From Candidatus Aminicenantales bacterium (GTDB lineage Bacteria; Acidobacteriota; Aminicenantia; Aminicenantales; Aminicenantaceae), in assembly GCA_046760305.1 (NCBI GenBank), contig JBHIDX010000002.1:6750-70749 (forward strand): 64,000 nucleotides of DNA. The letters run 5' to 3'. The number at the start of each line of letters is the position of its first letter. Position 1 is the first letter of the stretch. Under the pieces are notes generated by a model. The model did not search any database and was not told where the DNA came from. It saw nothing but the letters and a program-made list of their open reading frames with translations. Of this stretch, positions 10,659-19,074 are shown in pieces. Position numbers and translations under genes: made by a program.

Positions 10659-12176
10659 TCATCCCTCTTCTTCCTTGAATTTCTGGTTGAATTCCTTGAG
10701 GAGGCTACCTATTTTCCCATCCAAATGCTCATCTATTTCTTTCTTCTCTGCTATTTCCCTCAGCACATCTGAATGTTCGTTTTCCAAGAACTCATACAAT
10801 TTTTCTTCATAGTCCCTGATGCGGTCAGCCTCAAATTCATCCAGAAAACCCCTGTTCCCGGCATAAATTATCAGTATTTGCTTTTCCACCGGAAGAGGCC
10901 TGTACTGATCCTGCTTGAGAACCTCGGTAAGTCTTCTTCCCCTCTCCAGTTGTGATTGACTCGCCTTATCCAGCTCGGTTCCAAACTGAGCAAAGGTGAC
11001 CAACTCTCTGTACTGAGCAAGGTCAAGACGCAGCTTGCCTGCAACCTGCTTCATGGCTTTTATCTGAGCATTCCCACCCACGCGGGAAACAGAAATGCCC
11101 ACATTTATGGCCGGCCTGATGCCAGCGTTGAAGAGCTCGGGCTCGAGATATATCTGTCCGTCAGTGATTGAAATGACATTGGTCGGTATGTAACCTGATA
11201 CATCACCCGCCTGAGTTTCAATAACTGGAACCGCTGTGAGAGAACCTCCGCCATGCTCATCATTGTACTTGGCAGCTCTCTCAAGAAGCCTGGAGTGAAG
11301 ATAGAAGACATCTCCGGGAAAAGCCTCTCTCCCCGGAGGTCGGCGCAGGAGGAGCGAAATCTCCCGATAAGCGGCAGCATGTTTGCTCAGATCATCATAA
11401 ATAAGGAGAGAATGCTGACCGTTGTCCCTGAAATATTCTCCAATAGCACAGCCGCTGTAAGGTGCAAGATACTGAAGAGGAGTGGGCACGCTGGCCGAAG
11501 CAGCAACCACTATTGAATACTCCATGGCGTCATGGTCTTCCAGGGTTTTAATAATTTGGGCAATTGTCGACCTTTTCTGGCCGATGGCAACATAGATGCA
11601 GACCACGCCCTCTCCCTTCTGATTGATAATCATATCGATGGCAATCGCTGTTTTCCCAGTCTGGCGGTCACCGATGATTAGCTCTCTCTGTCCTCTCCCG
11701 ATGGGAATCATTGAGTCTATGGCCTTTATCCCTGTCTGAAGCGGCTCTTTTACCGGAAGACGGTCAACAACTCCTGGAGCCAGACGCTCGATAGGCATGA
11801 AAACATCGGTCTTGATCGGTCCTTTCCCGTCCAGCGGCTGTCCGAGGGGATCTATTATTCTCCCCATCATGGCCGGGCCTGCTGGAACCTGCATGATTCT
11901 GTGGGTTCTCTTCACTACATCCTCTTCCTTGACGCGGTTGATGTCTCCGAGAAGAACCGCTCCCACGCTTTCCTCCTCCAGGTTGAGAGCGATGCCGAAG
12001 ACGTTGTTCGGAAACTCGATCAGTTCGTTATACATTACCCGCTCAAGGCCGTGAATAGTAGCAATACCGTCTCCTACTGATATCACTGTCCCCACTTCAT
12101 TAATATCCACCTCTGCTTCATATCCCTCAATCTGACGCTGAATAATCTTACTGATTTCGTCAGCTTTAATTTCCAT
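10659..12176 (-). CDS. atpA: F1 ATP synthase alpha subunit
   Basis: Walker A GDRQTGKT, plus the [29 protein letters not shown] signature. Confidence 0.95.
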   Translation of the reverse strand: MEIKADEISKIIQRQIEGYEAEVDINEVGTVISVGDGIATIHGLERVMYNELIEFPNNVFGIALNLEEESVGAVLLGDINRVKEEDVVKRTHRIMQVPAGPAMMGRIIDPLGQPLDGKGPIKTDVFMPIERLAPGVVDRLPVKEPLQTGIKAIDSMIPIGRGQRELIIGDRQTGKTAIAIDMIINQKGEGVVCIYVAIGQKRSTIAQIIKTLEDHDAMEYSIVVAASASVPTPLQYLAPYSGCAIGEYFRDNGQHSLLIYDDLSKHAAAYREISLLLRRPPGREAFPGDVFYLHSRLLERAAKYNDEHGGGSLTAVPVIETQAGDVSGYIPTNVISITDGQIYLEPELFNAGIRPAINVGISVSRVGGNAQIKAMKQVAGKLRLDLAQYRELVTFAQFGTELDKASQSQLERGRRLTEVLKQDQYRPLPVEKQILIIYAGNRGFLDEFEADRIRDYEEKLYEFLENEHSDVLREIAEKKEIDEHLDGKIGSLLKEFNQKFKEEEG

Positions 12177-12182
12177 TCTCTT

Positions 12183-12755
12183 CTATCCTTCAATCATTTT
12201 TTCTTTCAATTTTGCCAGCTGCCCCCTGAGAGAGACATCGTAGATGATGTTTCCCTTCTTCAGCGCTATTCCTCCCAGCAGAGCGGGGTCGAGAGAAAAA
12301 GAAAGAGCCACAGGCCTCTTTTCCATGGCTTCCACCTTCCTCTTCAGCCTTTCTTTCTGGGCTTTATTCAAAGGTGCAGCAGAATAAACCTCGTAGGAAA
12401 CTATTCCTTTCTTTTCATTCCAGAAAAGGGGAAGAATGTCCATAATTCCTGAGAGGAGCTTAAGACGATTGTTATCGATAAGGATATGCACAAACCTTTC
12501 TGTCTTACTGCTCGCTTTTGCCCTGCTCAAGACTTCTCTCACCAACCTCGCTTTTTTCTTTTTAGGCAAAAAAGGGCTGTGGAGCACCCTCCCCAATCTA
12601 TCATGGCGCTCGAGAAGCGAGGCAAAACCACTGAGTTCCTGAGATACTCTTCGGTACTCAACCTCGTTTTTAAGACTGGAGACGAGTCCCAGCGCATATC
12701 TCTTGATTAAAATCCTTTCTTTCATCTCATCCAGCAAGCTTTTCAATGCACTCAT
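12183..12755 (-). CDS. atpH: F1 ATP synthase delta (OSCP) subunit
   Basis: Its size and position between atpF and atpA are right, and the C-terminal LKKGNIIYDVSLRGQL region is OSCP-like. Confidence 0.75.
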   Translation of the reverse strand: MSALKSLLDEMKERILIKRYALGLVSSLKNEVEYRRVSQELSGFASLLERHDRLGRVLHSPFLPKKKKARLVREVLSRAKASSKTERFVHILIDNNRLKLLSGIMDILPLFWNEKKGIVSYEVYSAAPLNKAQKERLKRKVEAMEKRPVALSFSLDPALLGGIALKKGNIIYDVSLRGQLAKLKEKMIEG

Positions 12756-13284
12756 CTATAAGACGAGAATGTGCCTGAGGGGTTATTCTCATCTTTATTC
12801 GCCTCTGCGCCATCTCCACGGCTATTTGCGCCGTGTATAGCTTGAGCTCCCTTATCCCTGAAGCCAAGTAGGTCTCGACCTGTGATTGGGCAAGAGTTTT
12901 AATCCTTTCAGCTTCCTTTTTTGCCTGGTTCATTATCTTCTTTCTCTCCTCCTCAGCCTCAACTTCTGCTTCTTTTTTTATCTTCTCCACCTCTTGACCA
13001 ATTGTCTCCAGCCTCTTTTTCAGCTCCTCGAGCATCTTTTCTGCCTCTTTCCTTTCATCTTCAGCCTCCTGCTGCTGGCGCTCAAGTTCTGCCGTTCTTT
13101 TTTCGAGATAACTGCGGACAGGCTTGTAAAGAAGGTAGCTCAGGCCACCGAATAAAATGAGGAAGTTAATTGTTTTTCCGATAAGCTGCATGGCATCCGA
13201 CGATGAATGCTTATCCTCGGCCACCATAAACAGAAAAAAAGGAATCAGGAGAAGGATAGATAGAAGGTGCACTCTTTTTTTCAT
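12727..13284 (-). CDS. atpF: Fo ATP synthase subunit b
   Basis: Single N-terminal transmembrane helix followed by a long charged coiled coil (AEAEAEEERKKIMNQAKKEAERI). Confidence 0.7.
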   Translation of the reverse strand: MKKRVHLLSILLLIPFFLFMVAEDKHSSSDAMQLIGKTINFLILFGGLSYLLYKPVRSYLEKRTAELERQQQEAEDERKEAEKMLEELKKRLETIGQEVEKIKKEAEVEAEEERKKIMNQAKKEAERIKTLAQSQVETYLASGIRELKLYTAQIAVEMAQRRIKMRITPQAHSRLIDECIEKLAG

Positions 13285-13700
13285 GAGTGCAGTAGCCTCT
13301 CTTCGATCCTCCAGGCTAATGTCTCGGCTTCCTTGGCAAGCTTTTTCTTTGAACGCTCTACCTCTCTTTCAAGCTTTTTACGTGCCTCCTCTATTTGAAC
13401 TCTGGTTGCTGCTTGAATCTCCTCGATGATATGCTTTCTATCCTCCAGGGCCTGCTTGACAGATTCTCCCTTTCTCTGTGAGGCAGCTTTTTTCACAGCC
13501 CTGATTTTTTCCTCAATCTCGTTCACCCTGGCTTCATTCTCCTGGAGAGCCTTCTGATAAAAATCTCTGTTCTGCCTGAGCTTTGACTGCCGCTCATCTA
13601 TTATTCTCCTCACCGGCTTGAAAAATATACGGTTGAGGATGAAGTTCAACAGCAAGACAAGGATAAAAATAACAACGATAGATGCATTGAACTCCAGCAT
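13281..13700 (-). CDS. Fo ATP synthase subunit b' (second b-type subunit)
   Basis: N-terminal transmembrane helix (ASIVVIFILVLLLNFILNRIF) followed by a coiled coil. It is the first gene of the atp cluster, and no atpB or atpE genes are adjacent. Confidence 0.6.
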   Translation of the reverse strand: MLEFNASIVVIFILVLLLNFILNRIFFKPVRRIIDERQSKLRQNRDFYQKALQENEARVNEIEEKIRAVKKAASQRKGESVKQALEDRKHIIEEIQAATRVQIEEARKKLEREVERSKKKLAKEAETLAWRIEERLLHS

Positions 13701-13799
13701 TTTTAATTATCAGTTAAATATAAAAATACGATAAAAAGGAAGCAAAAATTTACCATTTTTGCCCCAAAAAAGCAACCCACACAAGCTGACATGATGCTG

Positions 13800-15137
13800 T
13801 CAATAACTCTCTTTTCTCTCTTCAGAACGAGAGATCACAGCTCTTAGTACTTGAGGAAAAAATTTCATTACCTCTCCGGCGAGATAAATCGAACCCGTAA
13901 TAAGCACGCACCCTTTTCCTCCCGCCTTATACAGCGCTCTCTTTAAAGCCTGCTTCACATCAGGCTCAACGACAATCTTCTCTTTAAAAGCTCGAACCCG
14001 GGTTCGGACTTCTTCAGGTTGGGCTGTTTTATGGAAAGGAAATCGGGTAACGATAACATTTTCAGCCAGAGGAAAGAGGATATCAGCTATCCTTTTAATC
14101 TGCTTGTCACGCTTGAAAGCCACAACCAGCGTTAAAGGAAGATGGATAAACTCCTCCACATAGCAGCGAAGAGCTTTTGCACCTTCCTCGTTGTGGGCTC
14201 CGTCAAGGATGACCAGGGGTTTTCGGGCAAGAATCTCAAGCCTTGCTTCCCATTTGGCTTCTTCGACGCCGGCGATGATTTTTTCTTTTTCCAGACATCT
14301 CCATTCGCTGTTCAAGACCTCAGCAGCAACAAGAGCAACAGCAGCATTCTCTCCCTGGTGCCTACCAGCGAGAGATGGAGTGTAAGAATAGGTATCTCTA
14401 CCTGAATTATAGATGAAAGATAATCTATCGTCCTCTCTCTTCACTTCTAAACAGCCTTTTCTGTCGAACACGGGGAAAAAAGGAGCTCCCTTCTCTTCTG
14501 CTATCTTCCTGATGGCTCTCTGAGCCATGCCCTTTTTTACTCCGCAGACAACAGGCACGCCAGGCTTTATGATTCCAGCCTTCTCAAAAGCGATGTTGCT
14601 CAAGGTTCTGCCCAGAAAATCCTGGTGGTCCCTGGAGACAGTGGTAATGATAGAGACCATGGGATTGACGACATTAGTGGCATCAAACCTTCCGCCCATG
14701 CCGACCTCTAACACAGCTGCATCAACCTTCTGGCGGGCAAAATATCGGAAAGCGAGACAGGTAAGAAGCTCGAAGTAGGTTGGGGGTGTACTCAGCTTGC
14801 CTTTCTCAATCAGTAACTCGATCAATTTCCTGAGGAGCGTCAGTTCCTGGCATAACTCTTCCTCAGGTATTGGAACCATGCCCACCCTGACTCTCTCCTC
14901 AACCCTCACCAGATGAGGAGACGTGTAGAGACCCGGAGACAATCCGTGACGGGATAGGATATGGGAAAGCATGGCTGAAACAGAACCTTTTCCGTTTGTG
15001 CCGCCGACAAGAACGCAGGGGCATTTCAGATGAGGATTGCCACAGGCGGCGAGGATGGTCTTTACGTTCTTCAGCCCGAACTTAATGCCGAGCTTCTGTA
15101 CTTCTTCCAGATAACGATGGCACTGCTCATAATTCAT
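13800..15137 (-). CDS. folC: Bifunctional folylpolyglutamate synthase/dihydrofolate synthase
   Basis: Mur-ligase P-loop VLVGGTNGKGSV, a FolC-type N-terminus, and 445 aa. Confidence 0.85.
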   Translation of the reverse strand: MNYEQCHRYLEEVQKLGIKFGLKNVKTILAACGNPHLKCPCVLVGGTNGKGSVSAMLSHILSRHGLSPGLYTSPHLVRVEERVRVGMVPIPEEELCQELTLLRKLIELLIEKGKLSTPPTYFELLTCLAFRYFARQKVDAAVLEVGMGGRFDATNVVNPMVSIITTVSRDHQDFLGRTLSNIAFEKAGIIKPGVPVVCGVKKGMAQRAIRKIAEEKGAPFFPVFDRKGCLEVKREDDRLSFIYNSGRDTYSYTPSLAGRHQGENAAVALVAAEVLNSEWRCLEKEKIIAGVEEAKWEARLEILARKPLVILDGAHNEEGAKALRCYVEEFIHLPLTLVVAFKRDKQIKRIADILFPLAENVIVTRFPFHKTAQPEEVRTRVRAFKEKIVVEPDVKQALKRALYKAGGKGCVLITGSIYLAGEVMKFFPQVLRAVISRSEERKESY

Positions 15138-15925
15138 GAGGGACGATTGAGGAAAAGACGCAGAGCCTTTATAAGATAATCGCGCAAATGCCTTCTTTCG
15201 ACCACTCCGTCCACCATGCCGTGGTTAAGAAGAAACTCGGAGCGCTGGAAGCCCCTGGGGAGCTTTTCTTTTATGGTCTGTTCTATCACCCGGGGGCCGG
15301 CAAAGCCGATGAGCGCGTTCGGCTCAGCAATATTAATGTCGCCGAGCATGGCAAAACTGGCAGTCACTCCTCCGGTAGTGGGGTCGGTGAGAACAGATAT
15401 ATAAGGAATGCCAGCCTCATCCAGCTGGGCAATGGCAGCGCTTGTCTTCATGAGCTGCATCAGCGAAAGTGCTCCTTCCTGCATCCTCGCTCCTCCGGAA
15501 GCAGAGATAATGATGAGAGGTTTTCTCTCCTGGAGAGCTTTCTCGGCAGCTCTGGTTATCTTCTCACCAACGACCGATCCCATACTCCCGCCCAGAAAAG
15601 AAAAATCCATGACGGAGACAATAACTTCAATTCCTCCCATTTTTCCTTCGGCATTCAAAACCGCTTCAGGAAGAGAAGTCTTTTTTTTATTCATTTCAAG
15701 ACGTTCTGAATAATTCATTGTATCTTTAAACCTAAGAGGATCTGAGGGGAAAATATCCTGGTCAAAGAGAGTGTATTTACCTTCGTCAAGAAGAAGCCGG
15801 AGCCTGTCGAGCGGGGATAATCTGAAATGGAAATTACACAGGGGACAAACGTATTGGTTGTCGATGATGTCCTGCTGGTAGAGTATTTTCCGGCAGTTAT
15901 TGCAGCGAGCCCACAAACTAGCCAT
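15134..15925 (-). CDS. accD: Acetyl-CoA carboxylase carboxyltransferase beta subunit
   Basis: N-terminal Zn-ribbon CNNC...CPLC, then MGGSMGSVVGEKITRA and SASGGARMQEG. Confidence 0.9.
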   Translation of the reverse strand: MASLWARCNNCRKILYQQDIIDNQYVCPLCNFHFRLSPLDRLRLLLDEGKYTLFDQDIFPSDPLRFKDTMNYSERLEMNKKKTSLPEAVLNAEGKMGGIEVIVSVMDFSFLGGSMGSVVGEKITRAAEKALQERKPLIIISASGGARMQEGALSLMQLMKTSAAIAQLDEAGIPYISVLTDPTTGGVTASFAMLGDINIAEPNALIGFAGPRVIEQTIKEKLPRGFQRSEFLLNHGMVDGVVERRHLRDYLIKALRLFLNRPS

Positions 15926-16169
15926 TTTCCTTTCCAGATGCGGCCTTTATTTCATCCTCCTCTTCAACCATTCCCTCGAACTCATTCTCTTTACCAAGGA
16001 GGGCACAAAGACCGTCATATATCTTCAGCATGGCCTTTTTTTCCTCGAGAAGCTCTCCGAGACGCTTTCTTGCTCCGGTAAGCACTTCCTCCATCTCTTT
16101 CTCAATCTTTTTTATCCGCTCTCTTGTCCTTTCCCAATCTTTTATGTATCGTTCCTCCTTGGTGGGCAT
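15918..16169 (-). CDS. Hypothetical small charged coiled-coil protein
   Basis: An 83-aa Lys/Glu-rich ORF that overlaps the accD start by 8 nt, which suggests translational coupling. It has no recognisable motif. Confidence 0.35.
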   Translation of the reverse strand: MPTKEERYIKDWERTRERIKKIEKEMEEVLTGARKRLGELLEEKKAMLKIYDGLCALLGKENEFEGMVEEEDEIKAASGKENG

Positions 16170-16225
16170 ATCTTACTCCTTCGCCTCCTTATCATAGAGT
16201 TCTTTCTTAATTTCTCCTCTTTTGG

Positions 16226-16840
16226 CTAGCTTTTCTTTTTTTCTTTTTTAAGAAACGAAGACAATTCCTTCTCCACGTCTATTTCTCCCAGCTCGGAAAG
16301 TTCCTCTACCCACTTCAAGTCAACATCCGTGGTTTCAACGCGGGGGGAAGCTTCTTCTTTTTTCTTTTTTTCTTCTTCCTTCGCTCTTTTCTCCCCTTTC
16401 TTTATTCTACGGGCAAGATTTTCCAGCACTGAATCGGGGTTGGGGAGTTCTTCTTCCACTTCAGCCTCTACCCCGAGTAAGCTGAGGACTTTTTTCACCA
16501 GGCTCTTCTCGTCCACTGGTTTTTCGAAATAGTCTGAAGCTCCCAGAAAATTCAGGGCTTCATTCCGATACTGGGCACCCCTGTATATTCCTGTAACAAT
16601 GATTATCGGAAGCCTTCCGTCTGTCTCCTGTGAAATTTTTTTTGTAAGGTCAAAACCATGCATCTTAGGCAGCATTGCTTCCAGGATTATCAGGTCTGGC
16701 TGTTCGGTCTTGTATTTCTCATAAGCAGTTGCTCCGTCATTTGCCTTCACGATGTTGAAATCATAACAACTGAAAAGTCGGGCGAGATGGTCTGTATTCT
16801 TGGTATCGTAGTCAACTATCAGTATTTTTTTCTCAGTCAT
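16226..16840 (-). CDS. Response-regulator receiver (CheY-like) domain protein with a C-terminal Lys/Glu-rich tail
   Basis: ILIVDYD...DLIILEAMLPKMHG...TDG...YFEKP are the receiver signatures. The start was re-called to the ATG at 16840 (MTEKKILIVD), since the ORF-track start at 16870 is a GTG. The transcript appears leaderless from the promoter at 16852-16880. Confidence 0.7.
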   Translation of the reverse strand: MTEKKILIVDYDTKNTDHLARLFSCYDFNIVKANDGATAYEKYKTEQPDLIILEAMLPKMHGFDLTKKISQETDGRLPIIIVTGIYRGAQYRNEALNFLGASDYFEKPVDEKSLVKKVLSLLGVEAEVEEELPNPDSVLENLARRIKKGEKRAKEEEKKKKEEASPRVETTDVDLKWVEELSELGEIDVEKELSSFLKKEKKKS

Positions 16841-16851
16841 AACTCGCGTTG

Positions 16852-16880
16852 ATTTTAATCCAATCCCCACGGGTTGTCAA
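16852..16880 (-). promoter_or_regulatory. Sigma70-like promoter (minus strand) giving a near-leaderless receiver-protein mRNA
   Basis: On the minus strand, TTGACA (complement of 16875-16880), a 17-nt spacer, then TAAAAT (complement of 16852-16857). The -10 element ends 11 nt before the ATG at 16840. Confidence 0.4.
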
Positions 16881-16941
16881 CGAACGCTGAAGATAATTGA
16901 CTTAAGGAGGACGAGCATATAAGATATCTCTCTATTATTCG

Positions 16942-18177
16942 ATGAGAAAGATAAAAATAAAGCTTCATACCCAGATTTTCATAGGTCTAATCCTTGGAGT
17001 TATTATCGGCCTTGTTTTCGGCGAAAAAGCACGCATCCTGGAGCCGATTGGAACTATCTTCCTCCGCCTTATTACCATGATTGTCGTACCCCTGGTTCTC
17101 GTCTCCCTCATGCTGGGCACAGCAAGCCTGGGGGACATAAAAAAGCTGGGAAGAATAGGCCTGAAGACAATAGTCTATTTCATGCTGACAACCATGGTTG
17201 CCATCTCTATCGGGCTCGTGCTCGCCAACCTTGTCCAGCCAGGAATAGGGCTCAACGAAGATGTTAAAACCGAGCTCTATAAAAACTATGAGCAAAAAGC
17301 CGAGTTTGGGGTAAAAAAACTTGAAGAAAAGCCTTCCTTGATTGATGTTCTAGTCGGCATTGTTCCCACTAATCCAGTAGAGTCTCTGGTTGAAGGCAAC
17401 ATGCTTCAGGTCATTTTCCTTGCTCTTCTGTTCGGCATCATCCTCACTCTGATCAAAAAAGAGAGATCAGAGGTGCTGATAAAATTTCTCGAGGGAGTGA
17501 ACGATGCCGTGATCCAGGTTGTTCACATTGCCATGAAACTCGCCCCTTATGGAGTGCTGGCCTTGATTGCCTCTGTCATAGGACAGTACGGAGTTAACAT
17601 CCTTGTTACCCTCCTTAAGTACTCTCTTGTTGTTATCGGCGGACTGGTTCTCTACACTTTCGCCATGAACAGCCTCACTGTGGGCCTAATCGGGCGCATG
17701 AATCCCATCCGCTTTTACAAAGCCGTCAAGGAAGCAATGATCATTGCTTTCAGCACCTCGAGCTCCAACGCTGCTCTTCCGGTCAGCATGGAGTGTGTTA
17801 ATTATATCGGAGTTCCAAGGGAATACTCGAGCTTTGTCATCCCGCTCGGCGCTACAGTTAACATGGACGGCACCGCCCTCTACCAGGGAGTAGCCGCTGT
17901 TTTTATCGCCCAGATTTACGGCATCCCTCTCACCATTGGAGACCAGGTGACGATAGTCCTCATGGCCACCCTTGCTTCAGTCGGAGCTGCAGGTGTTCCT
18001 GCAGCAGGAATCATCACCCTGGCCATGGTCTTGAAGCAGATTGGCATACCGCTTGAAGGGATTGCCCTCATCCTGGGAGTGGACAGGTTCCTTGACATGT
18101 GCAGGACAACAACCAATATTGTCGGTGACATGGCTGCCTCGGTGGTAATCAAGGCAACAGAGACCAAAGAAACCTAG
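16942..18177 (+). CDS. Dicarboxylate/amino acid:cation symporter (DAACS family, GltP/DctA-like)
   Basis: 411 aa and polytopic. The motifs NMDGTALYQGVAAVFIAQ and AASVGAAGVP are characteristic of sodium:dicarboxylate symporters. Confidence 0.85.
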   Translation: MRKIKIKLHTQIFIGLILGVIIGLVFGEKARILEPIGTIFLRLITMIVVPLVLVSLMLGTASLGDIKKLGRIGLKTIVYFMLTTMVAISIGLVLANLVQPGIGLNEDVKTELYKNYEQKAEFGVKKLEEKPSLIDVLVGIVPTNPVESLVEGNMLQVIFLALLFGIILTLIKKERSEVLIKFLEGVNDAVIQVVHIAMKLAPYGVLALIASVIGQYGVNILVTLLKYSLVVIGGLVLYTFAMNSLTVGLIGRMNPIRFYKAVKEAMIIAFSTSSSNAALPVSMECVNYIGVPREYSSFVIPLGATVNMDGTALYQGVAAVFIAQIYGIPLTIGDQVTIVLMATLASVGAAGVPAAGIITLAMVLKQIGIPLEGIALILGVDRFLDMCRTTTNIVGDMAASVVIKATETKET

Positions 18178-18203
18178 CAAGAGTTCTTTCCACTATTTCT
18201 TCA

Positions 18204-19019
18204 ATGAATAAAAAGAAAAGAAAGGCCCTGGGGCAGCACTTTCTCAAAAGCCGTCCGGTTCTGAGGAAGATCGTTCGCTGTATTAATCCCGGCAAAAAAG
18301 ACCTCATCATAGAGGTGGGGGCGGGAAGGGGAGTGCTCACCTTTCCTCTTGCTGAAAAAGGGGGAAAAATAATTGCTGTCGAGAAAGACAGCACACTCAT
18401 CCCTTACCTGGAGAAGATTAAATTGCCCAATGTTATCATCCTTGAAAAGGACATCCTAAAAGTTGATTTCAGAAAACTGATAGAAAAGGAAAAAAGAGAA
18501 CTCACTTCTGTCAAGATTGTGGGCAACATCCCTTACTCCATTTCCTCTCCTCTTCTTTTTAAAATCCAGGCTGAAAGAGGACTATTCGAAAAATGTATTT
18601 TCCTCCTCCAGAAAGAAGTAGCGGAGAGGATATGTGCACCCCCGCAAACAAAAAAGTACGCACCTCTTTCTATTATCTTTCAGATTTATTTCAGGCCGAG
18701 ACTTCACTTTATCGTTTCTCCTGAATCGTTCTCACCTCCCCCTCAGGTTGAATCAGCTCTACTTTCCCTGGAGGAGAGAGAGAAGCCAGTTTACCAGCTC
18801 AGGGATGAGAAGGAATTTTTAGCATATCTTAAAAAAATTTTCAGGCACCGGCGGAAAACTATCACCAACAACCTCCTCAGTCTTGGTTTGAGCAGAGCGC
18901 TAATAAATCATGCTCTTGAAAAATGCTCTCTGGAGTCTTCACTCCGACCTGAACAACTGTCCATTAAAAAGCACGTGGAGCTTTTCTCCTTCCTCTCGGA
19001 GGGTTTGCCAGGATTATAA
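18204..19019 (+). CDS. rsmA: 16S rRNA (adenine1518/1519-N6)-dimethyltransferase
   Basis: LGQHFLKS, EVGAGRGVLT and VGNIPYSISSP are the KsgA signatures. Confidence 0.9.
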   Translation: MNKKKRKALGQHFLKSRPVLRKIVRCINPGKKDLIIEVGAGRGVLTFPLAEKGGKIIAVEKDSTLIPYLEKIKLPNVIILEKDILKVDFRKLIEKEKRELTSVKIVGNIPYSISSPLLFKIQAERGLFEKCIFLLQKEVAERICAPPQTKKYAPLSIIFQIYFRPRLHFIVSPESFSPPPQVESALLSLEEREKPVYQLRDEKEFLAYLKKIFRHRRKTITNNLLSLGLSRALINHALEKCSLESSLRPEQLSIKKHVELFSFLSEGLPGL

Positions 19020-19074
19020 GCAGCGCCTTTACCCTCCGTTTGGAAAGAGGATTAATTATGCTATAATTTAACCT

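Noticed and set aside
13701-13799. AT-rich palindrome ATTTTTG-CCC-CAAAAAT between folC and the atp cluster as a terminator
   Set aside because: The stem is purely A/T and has no flanking U-run on the minus strand, so it is a weak terminator candidate. It more likely belongs to the atp promoter region (TTGCTT-17-TAAATT on the minus strand).
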